Source of the DNA: Eledone cirrhosa | Lineage: Eukaryota | Assembly: GCA_964016885.1 (NCBI GenBank) | Contig: OZ024746.1 | Span: 27,528,001-27,592,000, forward strand | Direction of reading: 5' to 3' | Length of the DNA stretch: 64,000 nucleotides | Notes under the pieces: generated by a model | The model's input: the letters and a program-made list of their open reading frames with translations, nothing else | Database searches by the model: none | What the model was told of the DNA's origin: nothing | Made by a program: the position numbers and the translations under genes | Part shown: piece by piece, positions 1-13,990 of the stretch | Layout: each line of letters opens with the position of its first letter | Position numbering within the stretch: the stretch's first letter is position 1

Positions 1-249
1 TTTTATTTGATTTGACAACGAAGTGTTTGGCTTTTATATGAACATTCTTCACAGATATTAAAACAGCCTCGCCCCGAGTATACTGGAACATAAACACTGA
101 TATCAAACGTTTGTTTTATTGTTACTGTTGTTGTTGTTACTATCGTTACTGAACGGAACGCCTCGTATATATTTGATTTATGAGTTTGTTGTTTCTTTAC
201 TTGTCTCTGACTCGTTTTTGATGAATTTATATCTTGTTTTGTGGCTAAA

Positions 250-472
250 TGACCGGGATCCCAAAGAAGAGGTCGGTTTCCCGATCTCTTCAAATCTTAA
301 GGGCAAAATTTGTAGCTAAAATAAAAAGAAAAAAATATTTCCGCTCAATTTGTTTTGAAAATCAGAAAGGAGGAAGACATTCGTATGTGATCAGCAGAAA
401 AGAACTACTGGCTGTACACTGAGTGGAACAGACGAAATTCAAATCAAAGTCCCAACACCGTTGAAGACAGCA

Positions 473-504
<32 letters not shown>

Positions 505-1730
505 TACGACTACTATAAAACACGCGAAGCAACAAAACTATAAAATAGTTATTTTCCAGCATAGCAAATATCTGGCACCACCACCACCACCACCAACAAC
601 AACAAGAAGTCATAATGTAACCAAAAAAAGTACAACTCTGAAACCACTTATAATCCAAACGTCAATTAAAACAATATTACGGATTCAGGTGTCTTGAAGA
701 CTTTCTTGCAAAATCTCTCCCTTTAGTGTTAGCGGGGAATAAAGGATTTAGACAGTTTTATTTTATTAGGTTAACACTTAGGAATATCGTAGGGTGTCCA
801 CAGATACAAATGTTTACCTATTTAGACCACAGATTTGTGATCTGCATTGTCGATCTAAATAGAACACGTAGACAAAGAGCCGCTTACTGGGAGATTAACG
901 CGTCGTTCTCGGCGCGCAATGGCTACAGAGTCTGGATTAGCACATTGGTTAAGCAACAGTTGACAGGAACACTCGTCAACAACGTATGTTGGTGTGCTGT
1001 CAAGAGAGCGATTAGAGTAGAATAAATAGCTTTAAGTAAATAAGTAGCAATAGAAGAAATAGAGTAGATGTGGGATGTAAAAGCTAAAGTAGAAGAGGCG
1101 TTAAGAGCGGCCTTTCAACCGACGTGCTAGCGGCAAGAATGGCATGAGATGATTTCTTCAATGCGAAACAAGAAGTTTGCATTGTCCGAGCTAAGTTATG
1201 TGCTCTACAGCGCGAAGGAACAAACGTTTTTAGATTCGTCCGATTGGCAGCGGCGCAGCGTGGCAATAAAGGCAATTTAGTATATGACGGACTAACATGG
1301 ATATGTGCTGCTCGATTCGAAGCAGATGTGTGCGGCTTTTCTGTGAGACTTTATGCAACTCTTCGGGAAAAGTGGTGTGGAGACGATGATGGAGACGGTG
1401 ACTTTCAACGGAATATGTGGTGTGTTGTGAATAGCCGATAACAGCAGCTGGAATACAGACAAGCGTAAGATGTTGTACGACATTTACATAGATATACCAG
1501 ACTTGTTCGCTCACATCCTCGAAGCTGTTTATGGCAACAGAACGGGAAAACTCCCAATTTTGAAAGTCGGAGAAAAGTTGCAGTGATGTTAAAAGACGCG
1601 AACAGGGGGCAAAGAACGGCCATAACTCAAAACAGAGTTTAAGATTTTGGTCAAGGTGCTTGCAACCCCGACCAGTCTTATTTCCGACATCCTCCACGTG
1701 TTATACATCATCGGACAATACCATCCTGGA
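250..1730 (+). mobile_element. Degenerate, internally deleted relative of the L1/Tx1-type LINE at 3162-9225
   Basis: About 690-1730 aligns by eye with ORF2 5895-7240 (gaccacagatttgtgatctg vs gaccacaaattcgtgatctg; aaacagagtttaagattttggtcaaggtgc vs aacacagagttcaagattttggccaaggtgc). ORF 726-1025 gives YLDHRFVICIVDL..YWEINAS. (ACA)/(CCA) runs at 470-605 resemble the ORF1 N-terminus. Many stops. Confidence 0.8.
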
Positions 1731-3009
1731 ACTTTTAGTCATTACAGATGTATAGATACAATTAATATTTATTTTATCATAGTTTATTTAAATAACTTAG
1801 AGCATATTCCAACTGCCTTACGAAATATCAATAATAATTTCTTATTTGAAACCTTATGAAAGTTTCTGTCTATATGATATCTTTCCACTGACACACTTCA
1901 GTAAAGAGCCAGAGAAATTAAATTGGATCTTTTATTGAAATAGGAAATGAAGCAAATCTTTGAGATGAGAGACGAACCTCATACCAAATATCATGGGTGA
2001 CAACTCTCAACACTACATCCGCCACCCTTTCCCTTCTTTTGCCTCAATAAATAAAACTAGAAAATAATTTCAATGTTACGTTGCTTTTCAGTTCTTTATT
2101 GATTAGTACATTTATTCTTCGTTCCTTTTATAGTCTCCTGTACTTTTACAGCCATTAGTTATAAATGGTAGTTAGGAACAACAGTCGGATCTAAGAACGA
2201 GATTTTCTACAAATCCTTATTCAATGTCAAGTTTTAATTATATGTTCGGAAATGGAAGAGCTTTCTTCCAGCCATTTCAAATTACGTATATCAAGCTTTA
2301 TCCCAGTAAATGCTGTTCTATATTAACAATTATTGATTATAACGACATATTTAATTTTCAGGTTATATTGTATACATGTATAGCAATTCCAATGACAACC
2401 TGTCCATTCCATCATGTAAAAGTCCTTCTGTTACATTTATACCAGTTTATCTATAATTTTCGTATCAAGAATTGTATTTATTTCTTATTCCTTGAAACTA
2501 AAGGCGACAGTTATATTGGGTGGTATTTTGGCATTTTTACCTAAATTGATTTACTGATAAGATCATAATTTTCGAAGCGCGTTAGATTTCTCTAATGACA
2601 GAGCTGCTTCATAAATGTGACTGCTTTCATCTAGTTCTATGATTACTGGGAATATTTCCACTCCGTTTACCAATTTATCTTTCGATGAATAAGACTTTGT
2701 AGAAGCTAGCTAGTTTCCACTTGATCACCAGCTCTGCTATTTTTCCCATTTATTCCATTTATCTTTTCTGCTTCGATGATTCTAGAACCCAACCAAACGA
2801 CACCAGTCTTTATGATAAATAAACTCATCAACTCTAAAATATTGTTGTTATTTTTTCATCTCCTCATTTCATACTTTATTAAAAACACATTATATCTTCC
2901 TCGTTCATTATAATTTTCCAAATACATAAAATCAAATCTGGATCTAACAAAAATCATTATTTTGTTAGAACATTATACGATATGCTTGTGTACAGATGTA
3001 ATAAACTAT

Positions 3010-3064
3010 TTCTTCTTCTTCTTCTTCTTCTTCTTCTTCTTCTTCTTCTTCTTCTTCTTCTTCA

Positions 3065-3149
<85 letters not shown>

Positions 3150-3161
3150 ATTATTATTATT
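3010..3161. repeat. (TTC)n followed by (ATT)n microsatellite at the LINE 5' junction
   Basis: Directly visible. Confidence 0.95.
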
Positions 3162-3546
3162 GAATGCTATGGTTGACGGAGGCTCGGCTCTGTAAGGTAT
3201 TGTAAATTTTAACCGCTATAATTGTAAATTGTTTAAAACTTTAACCAACTTGTAGACAAAAACACCCTCTTCCTCGTAGAGAGGGGTCTTTCTGCCCGTT
3301 ATTTGGCCCTTCGAGGTTAAATAACCGCTTATTGGGGTTTTGTGCCCAATATTTATTTTAAACAAAAAAGAATTTTCATAGGTTACTCCCACTCATTCCG
3401 TCTTCTTCTTCCTCAATCGTCACTACAGCAGAGAGAAGATTGTCTCTCTCCCTCCCTTCTCTTTCGCAAGCGACGCCAGAAAAGAAAAATCACGTGCAAA
3501 GCGTGCAAGATTTCTCCACGACGACGACGACAACGACGAAAAAGGT

Positions 3547-5486
3547 GTGCGGGAAATACGAAACCCATTTCATTCGTCTGACGTCAGGAATAATAGCAGT
3601 AGCAGCCGTAATAACAGCAGCAGCAGCAACAGTGACAAGGAAAACAACAGTAACAGCCGCAACAGCATCAGCATCAGCATAAACAGCAACAGCATTAGCA
3701 GCAACAGCAACAACAACAGCAGCAGCAGCAGCAACAACAACAACAACAACCACAGCAACAGCGGCGGCGGCAGTAGTCGTAGTACCTGCAGCAACAACAA
3801 AAGTAACAGCAGCTCTGACGACAACAACAACAACAACAACAGCAGCAAAGAAAAACCAATCTCGTTTGCAGGTATCGGCAAAGAACCTGGAAACCATCCT
3901 CATAACAAATGAGGAATTAGAGGAAGCGAAGAAGATGGTTACGAAAACCGGACACCGAGCAATCTTCAAGGCAGCCAAAACATTTTTCGAGACCCAACAG
4001 CACTGTACGGCCACGTACCGTACAGTAAGCACAAAATCCCGTAGGGTTGAAAGAGCCACAGAGGCTCAAATACAAAAAGCCTTAGGGTCTGTATGGCAGC
4101 GGAAAACGCACATCACCCGAGGCAAGAAATATGCCACCGTAGACGTGCTTTTTGCCACACCCCAGGAGGCAAAGGCTCAATCCTTAGTGACCCTAAGGAG
4201 CGAGGAAATGGTGTTGGTGCCCTGCTACTGCGGGCAAAAAATTGTGAGGGTCAAACTAACCCACGCCCCCCCCCCCCCGGGATGGCCCCTTCTTGGCTGG
4301 CCGCGTCAGTCCTCGTCGGAATCGAGGACAAAACAACTGTAATGCAAGTACAGAAAAAAGTAAGAGAAGACTGGGGCGGCACCTCCATTGAGATGTTAAT
4401 CCAAACCAACCAGGAGTGCATCGAAGCTATCCCGGATGTGATAGACTTCGATAACGGCACTCAACTGCCCATAAGTGTTGAGGGCAAACGCCCGAAATGC
4501 TTTCGCTGTGGATCGAAGACTCACCTCAGAGCCTTCTGCAACGAGAAGACCCTGAGAAAGGAGAACACCCCCCTTTCCTTCCGAAACCGGCTCCACGGCT
4601 ACCAGCAACAGGACAAGCGGCAACCAGGAATGATAGGTTCGTGGCACCCATACTCACGCCACGGAAATCAAGAACAGCAGCAGCAGTGGAAGTATTAACA
4701 ACAACAACAGCAATACCAAATGCAGCTGCAACAAAGACTCCACTGCAAACATCACCAACAACAACAAGTGAAAGAGTGGAGCTGGTACCCCTCCCCGACC
4801 TCACAGAATCAGACATGGAGTGTGAGGTGGGAGAGGGATGGCAAAAGGTCGTAAGAAGGCACAAACGCAGAAGCAGCGCATCGTCGCCTTCGAAAAGGGA
4901 GGAAAGAAATGAAAAAAGGGTAAAGGCTACTGCAAAGAGACTCACAGCAGCAACACCACCAACACCATCACCACCCACACTAGCACCACCATCACCACCG
5001 GCGACAACCCACCGCCAACAACAATAACACCTTCAACACCACCACCACAAGCACCAACATCGCAAACACAACAACAAAACACACACACCCAGCAACAACG
5101 ACAAGAAAATAGCAGAACCACACCCCACCCCCCAGAAAAACAAATGCACGGCAATAAATACACACAACAAGAAACTAATGACTTACATAATTGAACACAC
5201 AGACATTTCACAGCACGACTACATAATACCAGCACCAATCAAAACGCCAACGAACATAAGACTGCTAAAAATAGCACAGAAACAATACACAAACACTAAA
5301 ACGAAATTCCCCAACGCAGTTGGTGATTTCAGAGACCTAGGAGGGACTCTCAACCGTAGAGTATATTCGGACATACTCATAGAAGAGCCGACGACCAGCC
5401 GAAGGGACGATTCAACGGTCCCTTCACCAGACTATCAAGTGAAAAGGGATGGAGAAACCATCCTTCCTCTACGAAAAGTACTGTAA
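3547..5486 (+). pseudogene. LINE ORF1 (gag-like nucleic-acid-binding protein), frameshifted
   Basis: N/S-rich leader with KPISFA motif, then 3866-4342 and 4093-4698 segments. Zinc knuckle CFRCGSKTHLRAFC at 4498-4539. Pro/Thr/Gln-rich C-terminal region with EGWQKVVRRHKRR. Frame breaks near 3880, the C-run 4266-4278, about 4570 and about 5025. Confidence 0.8.
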
Positions 5487-5521
5487 GTGGTCTTTCCCAT
5501 CTTTTCCACTCCATTTTAAAC

Positions 5522-8500
5522 ATGACCTCACTCAGAATAGGCAGCATAAATGCGCGTGGCTTGGGGTCGTCATGGAAGCAGGGTAACCTGCTCAACGACC
5601 TCAGGTCACTAAACATAGATGTAATGGCCATCAGCGAGACCAGAATCTTCGAAGCACGGGCCTTCGCACCGATCTTCGGCGGCTACGATGTGTACGCATC
5701 TCCCAGCCGTCCTGGATCGGGGGGGAGGAGTTGCTGTGCTTTTTCGGAGAGGTTTGGGTCTCGCCATACGGGCCATCTTCCTGGACCCAGAGGGTAAGTT
5801 GGTGGTGCTGGACGTGACCAGCGGAGACGGGCAAGCTTTCAGGCTAGTGGCCGTCTATGCCCCGACAGGAGGAGGGCGGCCTGATTTCTTACGGCGTCTG
5901 GAGACCTTTCTTGGAACGTCCCGCTCTTTAGTGTTAGTGGGCGACTGGAACGGGATCTTAGATGCACGCTGGGATTGTGTGGGATCAGCGGATAGGAGAG
6001 GAGGGTGCAAGAGTCTCACCAACCTGCTCAGGCGTTTTGAACTGTCTGACAGGTACCGATTGGATTTCCCGAATGTGCCAATGTGGACTTGGTCAAATCG
6101 CATGGGGTCATCCAGATCATATCTAGATAGAGTATTTTGTATAGAAATAGATAGGTCTAGCATAGGTTGTCCACAATTCAAGATAGTCAGCTACACGGAC
6201 CACAAATTCGTGATCTGTGTGCTTGACTTAGATAGGCTTCATAGACGAGGACCCGGCTACTGGAGGCTAAACGCGTCCTTACCAGCGCGCAAGGACTACA
6301 GAGACCGGATTAGCGAACTAGTTAAGCGGGCGTTGACGGGGGCCATCGTTAACAACAAGTGGTGGTTTGCTCTGAAAAGAGCAATTAGAATAGAGTCCAT
6401 TAGGTTTAGTAAGGCTTTAGCAATAGAGAAAAATAGAGCAGAGGGAGAAACATTAGTTAGAATTAGAGAGAATTAGTTAGAAAATTAGACGAGGCGCTTA
6501 GCAAAGGCATCGCGACCGACGTACTTGCGGCGAAATTGGCCCTGACCAATTCTTCAATGCAAAGCACGAAGGCTGCGTTGTCAGAGCTAGGGTGCGTGCT
6601 CTCAGACACGAGGGGACGAAAGCCGTTCAATGGGCCCGAGTGGTGGAGGCGCGTCGTGGCAACAAAGCCACGATCCGGTCTTTGGTGGACCACGACGGGC
6701 GCATGCTACTCGATCCCGGGAAAATTTGTGAAGCTTTTCAGCGACACTTCGCACAGCTGTTCGGGGGCAGCAGCGGGCCGGATCGAGGGATGGACTTTAG
6801 TGTCTACCTCGACGGACTGTCGCGGCTCTCGGCCACTGGTGCGGAGTGTTGCGAAAAGCCTATAACAGCCGCTAAAGTACGGGAGGCAATGACTGGCTGC
6901 ACAAGGGGTAAATCGCCTGGTTTGGATGGTCTGCCCTATGAACTTTACGTACAGATGCCAGACTTGTTCGGAGGCCTCTTGGCGGACGTCTACTGCAACT
7001 GGCAACAGAACGGGAGAATTCCCAGCTCTGTGAGCCGATGAGCTGTGGTGCTGCTGAGAAAGGATCCGAACAAGGGGGATAACATAGATAATTTTAGGCC
7101 CATATCTCTGCTAAACACAGAGTTCAAGATTTTGGCCAAGGTGCTAGCAAAGAGGTTGGCGCTTGTCGTTGGTGGTCTGGTGGGAGAGGCGCAGACATGC
7201 GCCATTCCCGACAGATCCATCCACGACAACCTCCACCTCATGCGATGCATCGTAGAGAGGGTAGCTAGGGAACCTGGCACGGGTGGCTCCTTGATCAATT
7301 TAGATCAGTCGAAAGCTTTCGATAGGGTCGACCATCGTTACCTAGCGGCAGTCCCGACGGCGGCCGGCTTTGGGCCCGTCTTCAGAGGCTGGATCGCTGC
7401 CATGCACAGCGACATCTGCTCTGTGGTGAGACTGAACGGTTACCTTTCGGAACCGTTCAACATCATGCGCTCGGTCCGCCAAGGATGTCCCCTCTCGTCC
7501 CTCTTGTACGTATTGACTCTCGAGCCATTACTGCACAAACTGGAGACGTTGAGGGGGGTCCCGCGCGAACTAGGATGCGGAAGATCCGTGTCAGCATATG
7601 CCGACAATGTCACCGTAGACGTGTCGAACGCCAAACACATCGAGGCGATCGGCACTACACTAAGAGAATACGAAGCGGTGACAGGAGCAATGATCAACCA
7701 GGAAAAGTCAGTGGGCCTGCAGCTCGGCACCTGGAGAGGCAGGTCCATGCCGTCCAACAGCGTCGTCGGGCGCTGGACGGACGGACCGGTTAAATTGCTA
7801 GGGGTCTGGTTCGGTCCGGACCTCCAGACGGACAAAAACTGGGACGAGGTGACGAGCAGGGTGGCTTCTCTCACCCAGAAATGGGCGGAGAGGAAGCTAT
7901 CCCTGAAAGGTCGAGCGGAGGTGGCTAACGCGTACATCGCGTCTGTCATCTGCTACCGCCTAACCGTCGTACCTTGTCCTAAGCCTCGCCTGACTGCGCT
8001 GGAGCGTTTGCTCTTTCGCTTTTTGTGGAAGGGACGTGCTCCGATGGTCAGGCGGTCCATCTGTTGTCAACACCCGCTACGTGGAGGGCTGGGCATGCCG
8101 TGGCTGATGATGCGCAGGCACGCGCTCAGGCTACGACATCTCCACCTCTTCCTCGACGGTGATCAGGTGTGGTCGCCGTTTGCTAGACGCGTTTTTCCCC
8201 AGCTCGTTTCCTTGACGGAGCTGCAGTCCTGGGTCAAGCGAAGACCGAGAGGGAGCGCCTGGAGACTGGAATGTCTTCAGGCGCTCACAGCCCTCGACCA
8301 ATCGGGCAATGTGATCGGTGGAAACTCCACCTCGGCGTTCTATAGAGGATTAGTGGAGGGGAAGAGCGACGACGTACTTGGGGAAACTCTAGGCGTCGAC
8401 GAAAATCAACTAGCCAATCTCTTCGGAAGAACTTTCGGGCCAGGGCCTATGGACAACTTCCAGAAATCTCTGGCCTGGCAGTGCTACCGAGGAGCCTTGC

Positions 8501-8964
8501 CAGTTCGGGATAAACTCTACAGGCATGGAGGTGCCGTCAGCCGGGCATGTCCGAGATGCGCGCAGGGCGACGAAACCGTCCTGCACGCACTCGTCCAGTG
8601 TCCGAAAATTGCTGACTTGTGGGTTTATGTCGAACACCTGCTGTCGCGTTTAGGACGGATCCAGCTATCATCTGAGTCTATCGTGAGGATTGCCCCGCCC
8701 TCCTCCTTTAGCCGGGAAGGGCAGGCAGTTTTTATCTGTCTGGTGGCCATGGCGAAAGAGATAGTATGGTGGACACGTTTGAAAGGGCTGAAGACGAGCA
8801 CTTACCTCTTCGGTGATGCTCTGATTGACTTTTTCAAATTTCATTTGAAAAGGAAAATCAGAGTAGAGAGGGAAGTGCTCTCTTCCCAGCATTTTGTTGA
8901 AAGATGGGTGAGAGAAGCAAGAATGGCCCGAGTGAATGGGCCGACTCTGAGTATATATCTGTAA
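5522..8964 (+). pseudogene. LINE ORF2: APE endonuclease + reverse transcriptase + zf-RVT-like C-terminus, disrupted
   Basis: MTSLRIGSINARGL, SET, VYAP, VGDWN, SYLDR and TDH (APE). KSPGLDG, NFRPISLLN, LDQSKAFDRVDH, VRQGCPLS and YADN (RT). CPRC..ETVLH..C. Frameshift at the G-run near 5720, small duplication/frameshifts at 6450-6590, TGA at 7039-7041, YADD changed to YADN at 7597-7608. Confidence 0.93.
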
Positions 8965-9223
8965 ACTAAAGGTGGAAAACTGGGAGAGGGCACTTGCCTT
9001 GGTGGTCAGGGTCATTGTGGCTTTTTACTGGGCTTTCTCCACAAATGTCCCTCCGAAGTCTCCCCCCTATTGGGGAATTTTTCATTGTTATTTTCATTGT
9101 TATTTTTGTTACATCCTCTGTTTTTGTTTTTTACACGCAGAAATGCCCATTTGTACCGTCCTGCATTGTCCTGCACTGTCCTTAATGTCTACTTTATGTA
9201 AACCCTTGTGGTTAATAAAGAAA

Positions 9224-9224
<1 letters not shown>

Positions 9225-9278
<54 letters not shown>
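9225..9278. repeat. (ATT)n tail/target at the LINE 3' end
   Basis: Directly visible. Confidence 0.95.
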
Positions 9279-9659
9279 CAATATTTATTGTTCGAATGTT
9301 AGGTTTGTTAATTGAATGATGAAGTACACAAAATATATTAATGTATTGGAGAAAACGGATACTGTAGAGAAACACTTTAAGATAAATAGATTGAAGTTTC
9401 ATAGGTAACGACATGAATAATAATAGAAAAGTATATGAGTAGAAAGGAAAGAAGCCGAATGTCAGATTAAACTAAAGAAACAATGATTCCATTGGTTTAG
9501 CATTGCTAATACCATCTGTCGGTCACAATTCCTGACAGAAGAAATAAGTCTATTGTTAGATCGGACAAAAGAAACAATGTACTCATCAGTATTTCTATTG
9601 TTATTGCTATCAGTTGGTCATAATTCCTAGATGTTGAAATATATGTAAAAAATAATACT

Positions 9660-9760
9660 AGGGGACTGGAGCAACGTGAAATAAAGTCCCTTGCTCGCCG
9701 GGAATCGAACTCCTGAACTTACGATTGCGAACTGAATACCCTAACCCACAAAGCCACGAG
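9660..9760 (-). mobile_element. Older tRNA-derived SINE fragment (same family as 48267-48381)
   Basis: Reverse complement gives gtggctttgtgggttagggtattcagttcgcaatcgtaag..gagttcgattcccgg..gagcaagggactttatttcacgttgc. Confidence 0.7.
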
Positions 9761-9780
9761 CTTTTACATACACACATACA

Positions 9781-9816
<36 letters not shown>

Positions 9817-11343
9817 TATATACATATATATATAAGAATTAAAAGGGACATATATACTTTATATATATATTGAGAAAGATAGAGAGAGAGAGGGAGTGAA
9901 AGAGATAGAGGAGAGGGACAGATTAGTAATTTGGGAATACGTTTGATCTTAGTTCTGTTCAATCATGGCTGACCGGTAGGAAAAACGATATTAACAAACC
10001 ATGTCTATTAACAAATATAGCAGAGAATTGTAGAGAGATGACGAGAAAGAAATAGTTTTGATTGAAAATAACGTAATAAAAGAATCCGCTGATCCAACAA
10101 TTTCCTACAAACTTTAATTGGGTATAAACTTGGATGTTTTCAGTGTAGCAACACCTAGTTTATGAGCGGTTGGTAAGTGGTAGAGGACAAATACAAGAAA
10201 CAAGAATAAAGAGATTAACAAAAACGAAAAATAAAACAAAAAGAATATAGAATCTTACCACCTTTGATTTTCCATGACATAAAAAATCGTAGTAAAGGTA
10301 TTTGACATTTAAATAGGCGGTTAATTCAACAGTAGAAACAGTCAGTAAATGTGTTAATAGCCTAGCAATAACATTATCAACCTATAGAAATAGGTAATAT
10401 CAAAGAAGAGCCGTGTATATAAATTTATTCATATTTGATTTATGTATTTTTATTTCATGCTGCATTTTGTGACGAGTAGTGTGATTACAGGTTTTCAATT
10501 GGTTATTTGTTGGTGCAATGTATTCCCGAAGGTGAGAGTGTGAAGGATCTGTTTATAGCGCAATGCAGAACAAATATTATAAGGCGCTTCGTAAAACTCG
10601 GATTTTTCAGTTTACTTGGGCGATATACATAGGCAGAAGATATATAAATAGACTCAAAATGCAAAAGATTTCTGCCGAGATATACATATACTGTTAAAAA
10701 TGTAATTGTACTAGAGGTACATATATGTTTATTCTGTATGCACTATATTTTTACATGCGTAAAATAGGCAGATAAACAAATCTAAAAACAGTCGAATTAT
10801 ATATTTCAAATTCAATATTAACTTCGTAAGTGTCCAGTACAATAATTATGTATATTTGTGCTATAGGAGTGTATTACTTTAGTCATACCAAATTATTAGG
10901 TAGGTTTGTACTACTTAAAAGTATTCAGGATATTAATTCTTGATTTCTAAATAATAGAGCTTCCTTTAAGATCGTGATCTAGAATACCACCTAGGTGCAT
11001 AGTGGACATTTTTTACGCTACTCTTTATAGGGTTTGGGATTTTCCAAAATGATCTATTTTAAACTATACTTGATATTACTAATTTTACATTTGTTAATAT
11101 ATTTCGCCAATGAAGTTTTATTTGGTAGTTTATTGTGTTTAAATGTGTGAAAGTAAAATATTTTACTCTATAATGTTATACAATGAGGGACTTCTGCACA
11201 TTTTCAGTATCTTAAATTCAACACTATAGAAGACCCTTACTCAAAGTTTCATTGATAGGGAAAATTATTGAATGTGAACGGATATTAGAAGTGATGAATA
11301 TAAAACAAGCTTTCACTGATAAACATGGGTAGCAATTCTGTAA

Positions 11344-11526
11344 GATTGGCAGTATCGGTAGAGGGTTGGACGCCATGCTTTCTAGCATAGTTACGTCCCT
11401 TTACAGTCTGAGTTCAAATCCCGCCGAGGATAACTTTGCCTTTCATCCTTACGGGGTCGATAAAATAAAGTACCAGTAATGTATTGGATAATTGCTGGCC
11501 TTGTGCCTAAAGTAGAAACAATTATT
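11344..11526 (+). mobile_element. Young ~190-bp tRNA-derived SINE (Deu/Nin-like body)
   Basis: A-box-like tggcagtatcgg, B-box gagttcaaatcc, body gcctttcatccttacggggtcgataaaataaagtacc, tail gtagaaacaattatt. About 10 near-identical copies in the window. Confidence 0.88.
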
Positions 11527-12286
11527 AATAACTAACGCTAAAAGAAAAAGTTATTCAATACAGCATGAATGTGGCAATTGAGACTATGTGATATATGATA
11601 TATATTAATAGAAGCTAGATGAGCTGGTTAAGTAAGCAGAAAAATTCCATTTACATATGAACATCTAGAAATATATTAACATAAATACAGACATGAACGA
11701 TCTATATATAATAATATCCACAGGAAATTACTTTCTGCTTGAAATCTCTGCTTGAATCTAAAGAGCAAAATTTACTTCAATTTGCTTTCAGCTTTTAAGA
11801 GTTGTTAGGTGCAAATGATAGTAAGATGATAATATAGTTACAGGTTTGATCATCTGTTCAAAAGGTTAACTTCACAATCTCGTGCTCAACAGTTCAATCT
11901 CATTGCGTTGCTAAGTGCAAATGACAGTGAAATGTTAATACATATTCGCAGACATGGCTGTCTCATGATGAGATTAGGCTCGCAATTATGAGGTTCTGTG
12001 TTCCATACCAGTGCGTGAAAACTTATATGAGTACAACTGATGGCCACTTTTTCTAATCCAGGGGTAATTACGAGAGTAGACTTGGTTATCTTTAGCGCAC
12101 CCTTACCCCGATTACTTTCCTAGGTAGTCACTAGCCATATTAAGTCATTTACAATCAACTAAACATCTGGATGCTATTGGCTGCAGCAGCTCTGGTTAAT
12201 TGTAGAAATATTGATATCCCATTTTACTTCTAATAAAACCCAGTTGTGGCTTCTAAACACACTACAACTGTCAGAATATTTACACC

Positions 12287-13990
12287 AAGGTATATATAGA
12301 GTGTTTATACCTTCATAATGTTATATTATAGTAGTTAAGGTATAGAGAGGGTGTTTATACCTTCATAATGTTATATTATAGTAGTTAAGGTATATAGAGA
12401 GTGTTTATAACTTCATAATGTTATATTATAGTAGTTAAGGTATATAGAGAGCGTTTATACCTTCATAATGTTATATTATAGTAGTTAAGTTATATAGAGA
12501 ATGTTTATACCTTCATAATGTTATATTATAATAGTTAAGGTATATAGAGAGTGTTTATACCTTCATAATGTTATATTATAATAGTTAAGGTATATAGGAG
12601 TGTTTTGTACTGTCATAATGTTATATTATAATAGTTAAGGTATATAGAGACTGTTTATACCTTCATAATGTTATATTATAGTAGTTAAGGTATATATAGA
12701 GAGTGTTTATACCTCCATAATGTTATATTATAGTAGTTAAGGTATATAGAGAGTGTTATATACCTTCATAATGTTATATTATAATAGTTAAGGTATATAG
12801 AGAGTGTTATATACCTTCATAATGTTATATTATAATAGTTAAGGTATATAGAGAGTGTTTATACCTTCATAATGTTATATTATAGTAGTTAAGGTATATA
12901 GAGAGTGTTTATACCTTCATAATGTTATATTATAATAGTTAAGGTATATAGAGAGTGTTATATACCTTCATAATGTTATATTATAATAGTTAAGGTATAT
13001 AGAGACTGTTTATACCTTCATAATGTTATATTATAGTAGTTAAGGTATATAGAGAGTGTTTATACCTTCATAATGTTATATTATAGTAGTTAAGGTATAT
13101 AGAGAGTGTTTATACCTTCATAATGTTATATTATAATAGTTAAGGTATATATAGAGAGTGTTTATACCTCCATAATGTATATTATAATAGTTAAGGTATA
13201 TAGAGAGTGTTTATACCTTCATAATTGTTTCTACTTTAGGCACAAGGCCAGCAATTACCCAGTACATTACTGGTACTTTATTTTATCGACCCCGTAAGGA
13301 TGAAAGGCAAAGTTAACCTCGGCGGGATTTGAACTCAGACTGTAAAGGGACGTAACTATGCTGGAAAGCATGGCGTCCAACCCTCTACCGATACTGCCAA
13401 TTCACCGCCCTTTATACCTTCATAATGTTATATTATAGTAGTTAAGGTATATAGAGAGTGTTTATACCTTCATAATGTTACATTATAATAGTTAAGGTAT
13501 ATAGAGAGTGTTTATACCTTCATAATGTTATATTATAGTAGTTAAGGTATATATAGAGAGTGTTTATACCTTCATAATGTTATATTATAATAGTTAAGGT
13601 ATATAGAGAGTGTTTATACCTTCATAATGTTATATTATAATAGTTAATGTATATAGAGAGTGTTTATACCTTCATAATGTTATATTATAGTAGTTAAGGT
13701 ATATATAGAGAGTGTTTATACCTTCATAATGTTATATTATAATAGTTAAGGTATATAGAGAGTGTTTATACCTTCATAATGTTATATTATAATAGTTAAG
13801 GTATATAGAGAGTGTTTATACCTCCATAATGTTATATTATAATAGTTAAGGTATAGAGAGGGTGTTTATCCTTTCATAATGTTATATTATAATAGATAAA
13901 GATTAGAGGGTGTGTTTATACCTTCATAATGTTATATTATAATAAGTGAGGTATAATGAGAGTGTTTACACCTTTATAATGTAATATTAT
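12287..13990. repeat. 50-bp minisatellite (about 30 units) interrupted by a SINE
   Basis: Unit ggtatatagagagtgtttataccttcataatgttatattatagtagttaa. Degenerates after about 13850. Confidence 0.95.
13221..13410 (-). mobile_element. Young SINE inserted into the minisatellite
   Basis: Reverse complement of the 11344 family. TSD tttataccttcataat at 13210-13225 and 13411-13426. Confidence 0.9.

Larger units (their letters stand above)
3162..9225 (+). mobile_element. Near-full-length non-LTR retrotransposon, L1/Tx1 type, disabled
   Basis: GC-rich block with 5' UTR, ORF1 (CCHC knuckle), ORF2 (APE endonuclease, RT, C-terminal Cys/His motif) and 3' UTR ending aataaagaaatc-(ATT)n. Flanked on both sides by (ATT)n. 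Confidence 0.93.

Noticed and set aside
7440-7949. Antisense ORFs within LINE ORF2
   Set aside because: Shadow ORFs of GC-rich coding sequence.
12287-13990. CRISPR-like array
   Set aside because: Head-to-tail identical units with no unique spacers, in eukaryotic context.
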